Shown here: positions 52,044 through 52,172 of the stretch, piece by piece
Numbering within the stretch: position 1 is the first letter of the stretch
Layout of the letters: every line of letters starts with the position of its first letter
Source of the DNA: Burkholderiales bacterium
GTDB lineage: Bacteria > Pseudomonadota > Gammaproteobacteria > Burkholderiales > SG8-41
NCBI GenBank assembly: GCA_044867805.1
Contig: JBIOVQ010000229.1
Span: 1 to 52,172, forward strand
Reading direction: 5' to 3'
DNA length: 52,172 nt
Made by a program: the position numbers and the translations under genes
The notes under the pieces: model-generated
Told to the model about the DNA's origin: nothing
Databases searched by the model: none
Seen by the model: only the letters and a program-made list of their open reading frames with translations

Positions 52044-52172
52044 TCACTTGCCTTCGGCGAGCGCCTTGAGCACCCGGTCCGTGATGTCGATGCGCGAGCT
52101 GCGGAATACGGCTTCCTGCACGATCAGGTCGAACTGGTCGGCTTCGGCGATCTTCTTGATGACGCCGTCGGC
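52044..52172 (-). CDS. skp: OmpH/Skp chaperone, 3' end only
   Basis: Manual translation ADGVIKKIAEADQFDLIVQEAVFRSSRIDITDRVLKALAEGK*; position upstream of lpxD. Confidence 0.9.
   Translation of the reverse strand, partial: ADGVIKKIAEADQFDLIVQEAVFRSSRIDITDRVLKALAEGK

Overview
High-GC betaproteobacterial chromosome segment, almost all on the minus strand. Bases ~1-10700 form an accessory type I secretion (RTX) locus: an HlyB-type ABC transporter, a Cys-rich lipoprotein, a 1975-aa RTX protein with an N-terminal GHSLGG lipase domain, an intact REP-associated tyrosine (Y1/RAYT) transposase between two 3' remnants of a second Y1-type transposase, and a truncated membrane-anchored protein at the window edge. 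The rest is conserved housekeeping synteny: CHRD, USP, DUF1178, tRNA-Leu/Cys/Gly-pgsA-uvrC, UDG, efp, CDF transporter, nagZ-acpS-pdxJ-recO-era-rnc-lepB-lepA, degP-rseB-rseA-rpoE, osmoprotectant ABC fusion, class III aminotransferase, a 1176-aa Fe-S flavoprotein, folD-ftsB-eno-kdsA-pyrG, ppsA/ppsR, trmH-rnhB-lpxB-lpxA-fabZ-lpxD-skp. The intergenic spacers hold many distinct palindromic/MITE-like repeats, several nested or starting at CTAG/TAG stop codons. Best candidates for new biology: a T1SS lipase-toxin/immunity cassette with an adjacent RAYT exchange hotspot, an Arg-tipped EF-P without earP, CTAG-bounded miniature elements, and a synonymously diverged duplicate of the kdsA 5' end. All product calls are by eye from motifs and gene order; no searches were run.
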